A stretch of 63,752 nt of DNA, the filler included, from Pirum gemmata (lineage: Eukaryota), in the NCBI GenBank assembly GCA_002812295.1. It is 26 parts of 26 records of this genome, joined end to end, with 100 filler letters (N's around TTAATTAATTAA, not from the genome) between each part and the next. Parts side by side here need not be neighbours in the genome. Positions count along the whole stretch, not along the records: positions 49,678 to 51,957 come from PDIN01007269.1; positions 52,058 to 54,336 come from PDIN01007270.1; positions 54,437 to 56,694 come from PDIN01007271.1; positions 56,795 to 59,035 come from PDIN01007272.1; positions 59,136 to 61,404 come from PDIN01007273.1; positions 61,505 to 63,752 come from PDIN01007274.1; 20 more parts are not named here. One strand, written 5' to 3'. Positions within the stretch are counted from its first letter, which is position 1, and each line of letters opens with the position of its first letter. Made by a program: the position numbers and the translations under genes. Positions 49,710 through 63,394 of the stretch are shown here, piece after piece. Under the pieces are notes generated by a model, which worked only from the letters and a program-made list of their open reading frames with translations, was not told the DNA's origin and made no database searches.

Positions 49710-51957
49710 TTGGGGTAAGGGTAAAGGTAAGGGTAAGGGTAAGGGTAAGGGTAAGGGTAAGGGTCAGTGTTAGGGTAAGTAAGGGTAAGGATCAGGGTTA
49801 GAAGCAAAGGGCAAGGGTAAGGGTAAGGGTAATGGTGAGGGTAAGGGTAAGGGTGAGGGTGAGGGTGAGGACAAGGGTAAGGGTAAGGGTAAGGGTAAGA
49901 GTAAGGGTATAGGTAAGGGCAAAGGGCAAGGGCAAAGAGTAGGGGCAAAGGGTAAGGGTAAAGGGTAAGAGTAAAGGGTAAAGGTAAAGGGCAAAGGTAA
50001 AGACACAGGGTAAAGGGTAAAGGTTAAGGCAAAGGGTAACGGTAAAGGGTGAAGTTAAAGGGTAAACGTAAAGGAAAAGGGTAGGGGCAAGGGTAAGAGC
50101 TAGGGTAAGGACAAGAGCTTGTGTAAGGGCAAAGAGTAGGTGGTAAAGGTAAAGGGCAAGGACAATGGGAAAAGGGCAAGGATAAGAGCAAAGGGTAAGG
50201 GTAAAGGGTAAATGGTAAGGGCAAAGGGCAAAGGGTAAGGGCAAAGGGCAAAGGGTAAGGGAAAAGGGCAAAGGGTAGGGGAAAGAGAAAGGCAAAGGAC
50301 AAGGGTAAAGGCAAAGGACAAGGGTAAGGGCAAAGGACAAGGGTAAGGGCAAAGAGTAAGGGAAAGGGGTAACGGAAAAGGGCAAAGGCAAAGGGCAAGG
50401 GTAAAGATTAAGGACAGGGGCAAAGGCAAAGGGCAAGGGTAAAGATTAAGGACAGGGGCAAAGGGTAAGGGAAAAGGGTAAGGGTAAGGGGAAAAGGTAA
50501 GGGTAAGGGAAAGGGGTAAGGGCGAAGGGTAAGGGCGATGGGTAAGGGCGAAGGGTAAGGGAAAAGGGTAAGGGTAAGGACAAAAGGTAAGGGTAAGGGG
50601 AAAAGGTAAGGGCGAAGGGTAAGGGAAAAGGGTAAGGGTAAGGACAAAGGGTAAGGGTAAGGGTAAGGATAAGGGAAAAGGGCGAGGGAAAAGGGCAAGG
50701 GCAAGGGCAAAGAGGAAGGGTAAGGGTAAGAGTTAGCGAAAAGGGTAAGGGTCAGGGTAAGGCATGAGTTAGGGGCAAAGGGCAAGGGCAAGGGCAAGGG
50801 CAAAGCGTAAGGGTAAGGGTAGGGGCAAGAGTTAGGGTAAGGACAAGCGTTAGGGTAAGGATAAGGCAAGGAAAAGCGTTGGGGTAAAGGCAAAGGAAAG
50901 CGCAAGGGCGAAGGGTAAGGGCGAAGGTAAGGGAAAGGAGTAAGGATAAGGACAAAAGGTAAGGGTAAGGGTAAAGGTAAGGGAAAAGGGTAAGGGAAAA
51001 GGGTAAGGGAAAAGGGCAAAGAGCAAGGGTAAGGGTAAGAGTTAGAGAAAAGGGCAAGGGTAAGGATTAAGGGTAAGGCAAGAGTTAGGGACAAGTGGAA
51101 AAGGGCAAGGGCAAGGGCAACGCGTAAGAGTAGGGTAGGGGCAAGAGTTAGGGTAAGGACAAGCGTTAGGGTCAGGATAAGGCAAGAGAAAGCGTTGGGG
51201 TAAAGGCAAAGGAAAGCGTAAGGGCGAAGGGTAAGGGCGAAGGTAAGGGAAAGGGGTAAGGGTAAGGACAAAAGGTAAGGGTAAGGGTAAGAGTAAGGAA
51301 AAAGGACACGAGCAAGGGAAAAGAGCAAGGGTAAGGGTAAGTTTAGGGAAAAGGGTAAAGGTGAGGATTAAGGGTAAGGCAAGAGTTAGGGGTGAAGGGT
51401 AAGGGCAAGGGCAAGGGCAAAGCGTAAGAGTAAGAGTAGGGGCAAGAGTTAGGGTAAGGACAAGCGTTAGGGTAAGGATAAGGCAAGGGAAAGCGTTGGG
51501 GTAAAGGCAAGGGAAAGCGTTGGGGTAAAGGCAAGGGAAAGCGTTGGGGTAAAGGCAAGAGAAAGCGTTGGCGTAATGGCAAGGAAAGCGTTGGCGTAAG
51601 TGCAAAGAAAAGCGCTAGGGTAAAAACGCTAGGGTAAAAACGCTAGGGTAAGGGTAAGGGTAGGGTAAAGGTTAGGATGAAGGTGCAAGAGTTAGCGTAA
51701 GGGCAAGCGTAAGGGTAAGAGTTAGCGTAAGGGCAAGTGTTAGGGTAAGTGCAAGTGTTAGGGTAAGGGCAAGTGTTAGGGTAAGGGCAAGTGTTAGGGC
51801 AAGGGCAAGTGTTAGAACAAGGGCAAGTGTTAGGAAAAGGGTAAGTGTTAGGCAAGGGCAAGTGGCAGGACAAGGGCAAGTGACAGGACAAGGGCAAGTG
51901 TTAGGACAAGGGCAAGTGTTAGGACAAGGGCAAGTGTTAGGACAAGGGCAAGTGTTA
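49710..51957. repeat. Purine-rich (GGGTAA/GGGCAA)n satellite with higher-order units
   Basis: Hexamer base unit. A ~300-bp block recurs at ~50760, ~51075 and ~51375, and 18-mer GGGCAAGTGTTAGGACAA units occur at the end. Confidence 0.9.
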
Positions 51958-52397
51958 NNNNNNNNNNNNNNNNNNNNNNNNNNNNNNNNNNNNNNNNNNN
52001 NTTAATTAATTAANNNNNNNNNNNNNNNNNNNNNNNNNNNNNNNNNNNNNNNNNNNNAATAAATACATAAATACATAAATACATAAATACATAAATACAT
52101 AAATAAATACATAAATGGTTGTTGGTGGTTGTGGTGGTTGTGGTGGTTGTGAAAATTGGTAATTATACTTATACTTAGGGTTAGGGTTAGGATAGGGCTA
52201 GGGTTAGGTTATTATTTCCCTGAGCCATTCCTACTATATAAAAACAAACAAACAAACAAACGAATAAATAAAAACAACTAAATAAAAACAAACCAAAAAC
52301 AAACCAAAAACAAACCAAAAACAAACCAAAAACAAACCAAAAACAAACCAAAAGCACAACAAAAACAAACCAAAAACAAAAAAATATTTAAGCGAAA

Positions 52398-52430
<33 letters not shown>

Positions 52431-53954
52431 CAAAACAAAACAAAACATAAACAAAAACAAAAACAAGAACAAGAACAAAACAAAACACAAACAAAACAAA
52501 ACACAAACAAAACAAAACAAAGCATAACATAAAATAACAAAACAAAACAAAACAAGCAACTAACCACCATTATCTGGAAACTTTGAAAATCGTTCATCTA
52601 TATTGAACCTTTCATCCACTTCACTTTTTTTACTTTTCATTTTTGTACTACTTCAAATAATAAAACTAGTGTTGTAATTTTCAGTAGATAGTGGTAGTTT
52701 TAGTAATAATAAATTTTTGAATTATCTTTTAAATATGTTATTATTAGTATTTATTTTTATTTTTATTTTTTTATTATTATTATATATATGTATGTATGTA
52801 TGTATGATATTATTATTGTTTTTATTTTTTTTTTATTATTGATAGTATTGTTATATTACTGTTAGACTATATTTATTATTTTATTATTTAAAAAAAAATT
52901 TTTTTTTTAAAAAAAATATTACATTATGAAAAAACGCCATGTGTTCTCTAAATTACTACAAAGAGAGGTGCAAAAACGTAATATTTGAAATTTCTATTAT
53001 GTTTTTAATTGTTATATTCAGTCACAGTTACAAAACTCTTAACCACTCTCAACATTTAAACTCGTCATTTGATTAGTCAGATAACAAATATATAAATTTA
53101 TTATTATTATTTTTTTGATAAGGGACTGTGCAAATAATACGTCACACCAAGGGGTAGGTAGGTAGGGGGTGTTTGACCGGAAATTAAAGTCGATAGGTAG
53201 GTAGGTAGGGGTATTTGAAGCTGTATTGGACCGGAAATCAGCATTACCTAATATTATTTTTTATTGATCTAATAAAATAATTTATTAAAGAAGTTTCATT
53301 TGTCAGTTAAAGCATTCACTAATTTATAAAATTTCTTTATTTCTTTATTTATTATTATTTTTTTATGCTGGGAAAAACCATCGAATCGAGTCTAGATCGA
53401 AATTTTCGAAATTTTTCGATCTAATTTAAGTACTGGCTCGATTTTGATTTCATTTAACAATTTAAAGAGATTCCATACAAAAAACTTGAAACTCGAAAAA
53501 AAGGAATATCATTTCAAAATTATCACTATTTAATAATTAAGATCGAGCCGCTTGATTCGATCCCAAGCCCACTGTCTATTGGTGAGACCGTTCCACAATC
53601 CACACACAGGTGAGACCGTTTGATTCGATTCGTTTACATTTTTTTTTTGAGCTTATATTATCTTTTAAGCTCGAAAAAAAAAATGCCAAAAAAATTGTAA
53701 ATAAATGATGTCATCAAACCCCTTCTCCTTAATTTCTAAATGTGGGCGCATTTTTCTAGGCGCATTTTTCCGACCCAAAACTTTTTTTTTTTATCTTTTT
53801 GTTTTTTCGTTTATTATAATTTATCCTACCAAATTGTTATTTAAAACAACCAATTAATTAATTTGGTAGGTTTTAATATATTATTTTACTCAATAGAACA
53901 TACTATCTTTATGTAAAAAATACCAAATAAAAGAGGTAAAACGTGATAAAATAA

Positions 53955-54100
53955 GGGAGCGTTCAAATAATACGTAACGACAATTTCCTGTCAAGTACAG
54001 CTTCAAATACCCCTACCTACCTTCCCCTTGACGTTAATTTCCTGGTCAAATACCACCTACCGACCTACCCCTTGACGTGACGTATTATTTGCACGCTCCC
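53955..54100. mobile_element. PIF/Harbinger (Tourist-like) MITE family D. Other copies at 13303-13389 (partial), 35614-35750, 46986-47122 and 53122-53259.
   Basis: TIR GGGAGCGT(T/G)CAAATAATACGT with TAA on both sides (3-bp TSD). The interior has CCTACCTACC subrepeats. Confidence 0.88.
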
Positions 54101-55024
54101 TAATAATGAAATTATGACGTCATTTGTGACATTCATTTACAATTCGGAAAAGTATTCGAAATCTTCTCTTTTCTAACTCTTTTCTAACTATTGAAAATAA
54201 AAAAAATCATCGTTATAATAATAAACTCAGAGGGGGGAAAAAACACGTGACCTTTGCCTTGTTCAAAAATTTTATTTACCAATAGTCATATAGCATTTTT
54301 TTTTTTTTTTTTTTTTAATTTTTTTTTTTACAATTTNNNNNNNNNNNNNNNNNNNNNNNNNNNNNNNNNNNNNNNNNNNNTTAATTAATTAANNNNNNNN
54401 NNNNNNNNNNNNNNNNNNNNNNNNNNNNNNNNNNNNAAAGTGTTTTGGGCAAAGAGGCATAGGTAAGATTAGGTGACGTCCTTTATGGATGATTCCTTAT
54501 TAGCCCCAAATATTTTGGAAAATTAAGTTACGCATTGTGCTTTTCATTTATTTTGTCACTGTGAATATTTATTTGGTTGGCTATAATATTTAAATTGTCA
54601 TTTTTTAAATGAATAAATAGATAATAAAGTGAACCAAATTAAATGAAATGGGGTTATATTATATTAATTTGGTACTATTTATTGTATAAACTGAAAAGCA
54701 CGATACTATTAATATTGCATTGCAGTAATCTTTAAAATATTGATACCATCTTCAGGGCCATCTTCGGAGGAAAAGAAAGAATCTTTAAATTTACCAAACA
54801 ACTTTTGTAGACTTTAATTTCTTTCGCAACGTTTACTTTTTACTTACGCAACGTTTACTTTTTACTTTTTCAGTGTTAAAAAGCATAACACTAATAATAA
54901 CGTTTTAATTAATGTTATTGATATTAATTAATGTTAACCTTTGCCGGTACTCTTAATTAAGCTTGTTATAGCGAGGTCTGTATTATCGGAATTCTAAATA
55001 TATATATATATTTAAAGGATTAAA

Positions 55025-55530
55025 TGATTATGATTATAATATTAATTATAATTATAATTATAATTATTAATATATGAGTATGATTATGATTAATTATGAT
55101 TATGATTATGATTATGATTATGATTATGATTATGTTTATGTTTAAGATTATGATTATGATTATGATATTATGATTATGATTATTATGATATTATGATTAT
55201 GATTATTATGATTATTATGATTGTGGCTATGATTTTGATTTTGATTGTGATTGTGAATATTATGATTATGATTATATTTATGATTATGATTATGATTATG
55301 ATTATGATTATGATTATTATGATTATTAATATATTATGATTGTGATATCGATTATGATTTTGATTATAATATGATTATATGATTATGATGATTATGATTA
55401 TGATTATGATTATGATTATAATTATGATTATAATTAGGATTATGATTATTATCATTATTGTGATTGTGATTATGATAATCTTTTGATCATGATTATGATT
55501 ATGATGATTATAATTATAAGTGTGATTGTA
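55025..55530. repeat. (ATTATG)n microsatellite. Similar tracts at 17250-17360 and, as (ATAATG)n, at 59160-59390 and 63050-63752.
   Basis: Visible directly. Confidence 0.92.
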
Positions 55531-56858
55531 TCATCCTAACCCTAATTATATCTGTAAATATAGAAAAGTAATACCTGGGAAATTAATGAATGAAGCAATT
55601 ATCAGGACAACATAATATTTAGCGTTTAAACTTGTAGTTTTACTATCTATATATACACCAATAACCAACAATCAACAACGAACATAATCATAATCATAAT
55701 CATAATCTGTTGAACCACTAGTGAAACGAACAAGCTATATGCTATTATATATATTTTTATATTATTATATTAGTATTTATAATTTAATTAAAGTGTATAT
55801 AAATGTATATAATTTGAGGTATTTTCTAAGTTTCGATTTTATAGTTGTTAGATGTTAGATGTTAATTCTTAATTGTTTTTCTTTTCATTTTCAAAAATTC
55901 AACAATTATATTTATATTATACATTTTTTTTATCATTTAGTAAAATCAATAGCATCATAATAAAAAAATGAAATTATAAAACAACTTAATCATACAAACA
56001 ATAATTAACTATTGTATTAATAATTATTATTATAAACAATTAATTAATAATATATATCATAAAAATCTTCCAATAATCTATTGACACCAAAGGGTATTGA
56101 TTTACGAAATCAGTCAATATTAGCCAATAACTAATTTAAAAGGTAAAAATTACTTAAATTAGAAATATAATATAAAGTATTAATAACAAATAATTATAAT
56201 AATATTATAATATAACAAAACAATCATTCGTTTATTACTACACATTACTTAATAAGTCTTATAGCAAATCATATGAAATATACAATTTAAATTCTTATAA
56301 AACAAGAATTATTATATTTCTTTTTGTACTGATTCACCGACTGATTCGCTAGGGATTTCAGTGCTTTTAAGACTTTTAGGGATTTCAGGGCTTGATGACG
56401 ACAAAACAAACGTCATTGATAAGAAAAACTTATCAATGAACCAACAACAAATCAATAATATTACCATATTTTGTAAATATAACTTCACATATCATAAAAC
56501 AAAATTTTGGTTCTTTCATTTTTATATTAATGAATATTATAAAACCATTTCTTAATATTTATTAAATAATGAATTTTTCAATCAATAAATTAGAATTTCA
56601 TATAAATACCTATATTAATAAATAATATTAATAATACAAAATATATATGTAACTTATTCATAATATAAAACCACATCTTATTTAAAATATAAAANNNNNN
56701 NNNNNNNNNNNNNNNNNNNNNNNNNNNNNNNNNNNNNNTTAATTAATTAANNNNNNNNNNNNNNNNNNNNNNNNNNNNNNNNNNNNNNNNNNNNACCCTA
56801 ACCCTAACCCTAACCCTAACCCTAACCAAAACTTAACCCCTAAACCACCACCACCTAG

Positions 56859-58797
56859 GTGATATTATTGCTTACCGGGATGGCATGTACGACGAATTTT
56901 TCTATGGAACAAAGTTGAAAGGTTTAATTGAAGTATTTGGTGCTGAAGTCAGTATGTTTTGTTTCTCTTATCTTAGATCTCACATTGATCTTAAAGTTAA
57001 CCTTATTGGAACCTTAACCTTACCCCTGACCTTACCCCTGACCTTACCCCTGACCTTACCCCTGACCTTACCCCTGACCTTACCCTTGACCTTACCCCTG
57101 ACCTTACCCTTGACCTTACCCTTGACCTTACCTCTGACCTTACCCCTGACCTAAACCTTATCATTAAGCTTGGCGTTAAGCTTGGCGTTAAGCTTGACCT
57201 TAACTCTGACCTTAACCCTAAAAACTTAACTCTAACCTTAACCCTAAAAACTTTATTCTAACCTTAAACACTAAAAGCCTTAACACTAAAAGCCTTAAGC
57301 TTTGAACTAACACCGAAAAAAATCCCTGCTCTCAACCTCAACCTCAGCGTAAATTAACGCCAACGTTAACGCCAACGCCAACACCAGAACTAACTCTAAC
57401 ACTAACGCTAACCACATATACCATCACCATCACCATCACCATCACCATCACCATCACCATTACCATTACTATTATCATTACCAATACCATTACCATTACC
57501 ATTACCATAATCATTATCGTTATCATTATCACCGTCGTTATCATTATCACCATGATTATCATTATCACCATCCTAATCTTTATCACCGTCATTATCATTA
57601 TCACCATCATTATCATTATCAGTATCAGCATCATTATCAGCATCAGCATTAGCATTAGCAACAACAACAGCATTAACATTAACATCAGCATCAGCATCAG
57701 CATCAGCATACCACTATACCACCACCACCACCACCACCACCACCACCACCACCATGGCCACGACTATGACTATGACCATGACCATGGACATGACCATGAC
57801 TATGACCACGACCATGACCATCACAATTAATCACACTTAAACCCCTTAACCCCTTGAACCCTTTATATTATAATAACACAATATAGCTGGCATTGATGAA
57901 GACAAATACCATAGTTACGAAACGATTAAAGTTTTTGCTCGGGTAGGTTTATATAGGGTGGGAGTTAGGGTTAGAATAAGGGGGTTTAGGAGTTAGAGAT
58001 TAGAGTGTTTAGGGGTTAGATGTTAGAGTGTTTAGCGGTTTTAGGGTTTTAGAGTTTTAGGGGTTTAGCGGTTTTGGGGGTTTAGAGTTTTAGGGTTTCA
58101 GGGTTTTAAGGGTTTTAAGGGTTTTGGGTAGCGGTTTAGGAGTTTAGGGGTTTTAGGGGTTTAGGGGTTTAGGGGTTTAGGGGTTTAGGGGTTTAGGGGT
58201 TTAGGGGTTTTAGAGTTTTGGGTTTTGGTGGTTTGGTGGTTTAGGGGTTTAGGGGTTTAGGGGTTAGAGGTTTAGCGGTTTAGGGGTTTTAGGGGTTCAA
58301 GGTTTTAAGGGTTTAGGGTTTCAGTAACCACCATCACCTTTTCGTACCACCACCACCATTTTTTATCACCACCACCACTTTTTATCACCACCACCACTAC
58401 TTTTTACTACCACTGCCATCATTTTTACCACCACCACCACCACCACACACTTTTTACCACCACTACAACTACTAGGTAAGACTCCTACTACTTTAACAAC
58501 AACTACAACTACTACTAGTTCTGCAGAAAACGAAGATAGTAATAGTAAGGGTTAGGGTTAGGGTTAAGATTAAGATTAAGGTTAAGGTTAAGGTTAAGGT
58601 TGGGGTTAGCGTTAGCGTTAGGGTTATGGCTAGGGTTATGGCTAGGGTTTTGACTAGGGTTAGGGTCATGGTTAATGGTTAGGTTTAGGGTTAGTAATAG
58701 CAATGTTCATAATTTTCTTAATAGGTTTTAAATGAATCGGATGATTACTTGAAAATTAATCCTGAAACTGGCAAGGCTTCTGTTTTTTATGGATCTG
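56859..58797 (+). CDS. Three internal exons (56859-56951, 57887-57942, 58725-58797) of an unknown protein
   Basis: Phase-compatible GT-AG junctions (1, then 0) give GDIIAYRDGMYDEFFYGTKLKGLIEVFGAEVTGIDEDKYHSYETIKVFARVLNESDDYLKINPETGKASVFYGS. Confidence 0.65.
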
Positions 58798-59166
58798 GTT
58801 ATTTATTTATTTATTTATTTATTCGTTTATTAATTTATTAATTTATTCATTTTGCTTTTATTTGAAATTGTTTGTATTGTATTATTTTATTGTTTTGTTA
58901 TTTTTGTTATTTTTGTTGTTTTATTGTTTTTGTCTTTTTTTGTTGTTTTTGTTGTTTTTGTTGTTTTTGTTGTTTTTGTTGTTTTTGTTGTTTTTGTTGT
59001 TTTTGTTATTTGTTTTTGTTATTTTTGTTATTTTTNNNNNNNNNNNNNNNNNNNNNNNNNNNNNNNNNNNNNNNNNNNNTTAATTAATTAANNNNNNNNN
59101 NNNNNNNNNNNNNNNNNNNNNNNNNNNNNNNNNNNTGATATTTTGATCAAAATACAATAATAATAT

Positions 59167-59197
<31 letters not shown>

Positions 59198-59435
59198 GAT
59201 AATGGTAATGATAATTATAATGATAATGATAATGATAACGATAATGATAATGATAATGATAATGATAATGATAATGATAATGATAATGATAATGATAATG
59301 ATAATGATAATGATAATGATAATGGTAATGATAATTATAATGATAATGATAATGATAACGATAATGATAATGATAATGATACTAATAATTATGGTCATTA
59401 TTTTGATATGACTAATGATAAATGTGAGTAATTAC

Positions 59436-61298
59436 CTACTGCTTGTGTTAAAGGTGTTTGACAGGTCTCACAAACCCCTTGCGAGTTTGAAAAATAACCA
59501 ATAGCACATTGGAAGCAAGTTACATCTGCCAATGGTTAAGGAGAAGGTTAAGATTAAAAAAAAGTAACTAATGGCACATTCGAAGCAAATTTCCTCAGTT
59601 CAATTGTTAAAGTGAAGGTTAAGATTAGGGTTAGGGTAAAGGTCAAGGCTAAAGTCAAGGTTATGTTTAAGGTTAAGGTTAAGGACAAGGTTACGGTTAG
59701 GGTTAGGTTTTTATAAGCAAGTTGTATATGTCAATAAACAACAAAATAAAAGTAATTAACTCACTGAGTAATCATCGATTTACAATGTTAAGGTGAAAGT
59801 TAAGATTAGAGTTGGGGGTAAAGGTGAAAGCTAAAGTGAAGGACAAGTTTTAAGGTTTAAATTAGAGTCGAAGTTAAGGTTAGGGTTAGGGTTTTAGTTG
59901 AAATGGAAAGCTTAGCTTTAACGTTAACCTAAGGTAAGATTAGGGCTGGGGTAAAGGTCAAGGTTTTAAGGTCAAGTTCAAAGTAAAGGTTAGAGTTAGG
60001 GTGAAGGCTAAAATCAAGGACAATTTTAAGGTTAAAGTTAAAAGTCAAAGTTAAGGTTAGGACAAGCTTAAGGTTAAAGTTAAAGTCAAACTTAAGGTTA
60101 GGGTTAGGGTTTTAGTTGAAACGGAAAGCTTAGGTTAGCCTAAAATAAGATTAGGATTGGGGTAAAGGTCAAGGCTAAAGGTCAAGTTCAAAGTTAAGGT
60201 TAGAGTTAGGGCTAAAGTCAAGGACAAATTTAAGGTTAAAGTTAAAAGTCAAAGTTAAGGTTAGGACAGGTTTTAAAGTTGAAATTAAAGTTAAGGTTAA
60301 GGTTGGGGTTAGGATTTTAGTTGAAATGGAAAGCCTAGCTTTAACCTTAACCCACCTGTCAATAAAACAACAAAATAAAAGTAATCATATAAAGGGGCGA
60401 GATGGGGGCAATGATAAAATTTATAAAAAAATCCCTATTACCATCGAAAGCAGATTCAGATCGATGTAAAATAATGTTTTTCAAACATATTCATTACATA
60501 TAGCTATTAAAACTGTATTGATCGAAAAAATACTCGAAAATACATAATGTAAATAATGGAACAATTAGGGATATGTTTGATTATAAAATCAGTACCATTT
60601 TATAGCATATGTAATATACTCGAAAAAACATTGTTTTATACCGAGTAAGAAGAAGGGCTTTTATGAATTCTGGTCTTTTCCCCCATCCCTCCTGAGCAAT
60701 CATCAGCGATTGGAATATTAAGGTTAGGGTAAAGGCCAAAGCCAAAGTCAAGGACAAGTTTAAGTTAAGGTTAGGGTTAAGTTTCTCGATGAAACGGAAA
60801 TCTTAAACTCAACTTTAACCTTACCTTAACTCTTAAATATCATTAAAGGTTAGGGTAAAGGACATGGCTAAAGTCTAAGACAACACTAACACTAACACTA
60901 ACACTAACACTAACACTAACACTAACACGAACACGAACACAAACATACAAACACTAACACTAACACTAACACAAGTAGTAGTACTAACACTAACACTAAC
61001 TCTAGCCAGCACTAGCAATTAACACTAAAACTAACAATAACACCACCACCAACAACAACAACAACAACAACAGCAGTAGTAAGAACAACAACAGCAATAA
61101 CAACAAGTTAAGGTTAAGGTTAAGGTCAAAGTTAGGGTTAGGGTTAAGGTTTTAGATGAAATAGGGTTAGGGTTAGGGTTAGGGTTAGGGTTAGGGTTAG
61201 GGTTAGGGTTAGGGTTAGGGTTAGGGTTAGGGTAACAAGACCTGTTAGGCCATTAGGTCCAGAACACGTGTTAACCGAAAGTTGGTCGAAACAATTTC
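59436..61298 (-). CDS. Two phase-1 exons (61298-61242 and 59525-59436) of a furin-like/growth-factor-receptor-type Cys-rich surface protein
   Basis: The spliced product NCFDQLSVNTCSGPNGLTDVTCFQCAIGYFSNSQGVCETCQTPLTQAV contains CxxCxxGYF...CxxC. Confidence 0.7.
60389..60694. mobile_element. Fold-back (long imperfect TIR) element inside an intron, possibly Mutator-like
   Basis: GATGGGGG/CCCCCATC ends and inverted internal arms (60462-60522 versus 60586-60644). Flanked by AGTAATCAT and AGCAATCAT, a possible 9-bp TSD. Confidence 0.55.
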
Positions 61299-62027
61299 CT
61301 ATTATACATTTAGATATAAGATTTCAGTTACTATTACTATTACTATTACTGTTACTATTACTGTTATTATTACTGTTACTATTACTGTTACTATTACTAT
61401 TACTNNNNNNNNNNNNNNNNNNNNNNNNNNNNNNNNNNNNNNNNNNNNTTAATTAATTAANNNNNNNNNNNNNNNNNNNNNNNNNNNNNNNNNNNNNNNN
61501 NNNNATAATAATAATAATAATAATGCTACAGTGCTAATGGCTAGCTACTAAGACTTTTTGTTTACTTCAAAAGAAACACCGGTACCGTAATAAATTTATT
61601 TATTATAATATTAATATCATATCAAAATATTGATTCATTTGAACAAAAACAATCATGCATAAGTATGGTCATTTCACTAGTCATAGTGATGGGGCACTCT
61701 CTCATTGAATGTTTGTTGAGTATAAACACATGTGCAACAATAATAAGAAAAAAATAATAGTTTTTATTTAATTAATAAAATTTTAATCTTTTTTAATCTT
61801 TTGATTTTTTTATTACTATTTATTTAAATTTACAATATAATATATTATCTAGTTTTCGAGTGTTTTCGTAGTGATATGATTGTTATGATTATGTCGACGT
61901 CCGTTATGATAATAATCAGTAAGAATGTTAAAACCATATTTTAATTAAAATTAATTTTGTGTTTTTTAAAGTAGTACTAGTTGATAATCAATATTTACTC
62001 CATTATAACTACCCTTAACCTTTACAG

Positions 62028-62856
62028 ATTCACAAAGCGGGATGAAAGCTTTCTAAATATTTGCCAAGCTTTTCTTCGTCTATGTCAGATAAATAAGCAA
62101 TATTAATAAAATCTGATGTCAATAAATTACTAACTTTTATATCTTTAGCTCCTTCCGTGCTACACATATGAGAAGTAAAAAGTTACGCATTTTCTTTCCA
62201 CTTTAATTAAAAGGATCTGTTTCCACAATTTAACAACTAACATTGCATTTTCTCCATAAAATTATTCTTTCGGTTTTAAGTCCAAGTACCTATTTTCTGG
62301 ATCAGCGTACGTAATTGCAGCATAACTTTGGCAAACCCCTCCTATACCTTCAGCTTGCCAATCATGATCTCCGGAATCATCTAACTTATTATTCAAAATA
62401 GACCACCAATGACTAACCCTAACCCTAACCCTAATCCTAACCCGAACCCGAACCCTAACCCTAACCCTAAACCATCCTTTCTAGATTTTGTCTTCCGCTG
62501 ACTTGTACGATGATACAAATCGATCTCCAGTTTAGAAACACATTTTGGATCAGATAGAAAAATAGGTGTTTTATTAATGAGGAAAGGTTTTTTGGATAAT
62601 GAGTCTATCAAGTATCTGAGCATAATTATCAGGTGCTTCAATGAAATCAATAAACCATTACATTTGTCTTCTGAAGTACATTTTCAAATCTTGCATACAA
62701 AATCGCAGAAAAAGGAAAAGAAACCCAAATCAAATAATTACTTAATTTTAAATAAACTTTTCCAAAAGAAATTTCTGTTTCTGGCTTTTCTGAGATACCA
62801 ACATCTTCTGTCGAGTACGTGATTACCGCGACAAAACATATTATTTTAAGAAGCAA
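62028..62856 (-). pseudogene. Decayed coding-like sequence with stops and frameshifts, interrupted by a (TTAGGG)n tract at 62413-62470
   Basis: Successive coding-like frames (LLKIICFVAVITYS..., LIDSLSKKPFL..., DDSGDHDWQAEGIGGVCQSYAAITYADP..., FTSHMCSTEGAKD...) are broken by stops. The family was not identified. Confidence 0.4.
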
Positions 62857-63090
62857 CAGCGTGTTGGCTTTTATCTTACCTTACTTTGTATAGTCATATT
62901 AATAAATAATAAATAAATAAAGATCAATGAAGAAATGAATGAATGAATGAATAAAAGAAATAACTAATTATAAATTTATAAAGTAAGACAATAATAATAT
63001 TAAAATATAACATATTAATAAATAATAATAATGATAATAATATATTAATATATTAATAATGATAATAATAATGATAATGATAATGATAAC

Positions 63091-63126
<36 letters not shown>

Positions 63127-63362
63127 GATGATGATAATAATAATGATAATAATAATGATATATAATAATAATGATAATAATATTATAATAATGATCGATA
63201 GTAATAATGATAGTAATATTAATAATGATAATAATAATAATGATAATAATGATGATGATAATGATAATATAATAATAATGATAATAATATTAATATAATG
63301 ATAATAATAATGATAATAATAATGATAATAATAATAATAATAATGATAATAATAATAATTTT

Positions 63363-63394
<32 letters not shown>

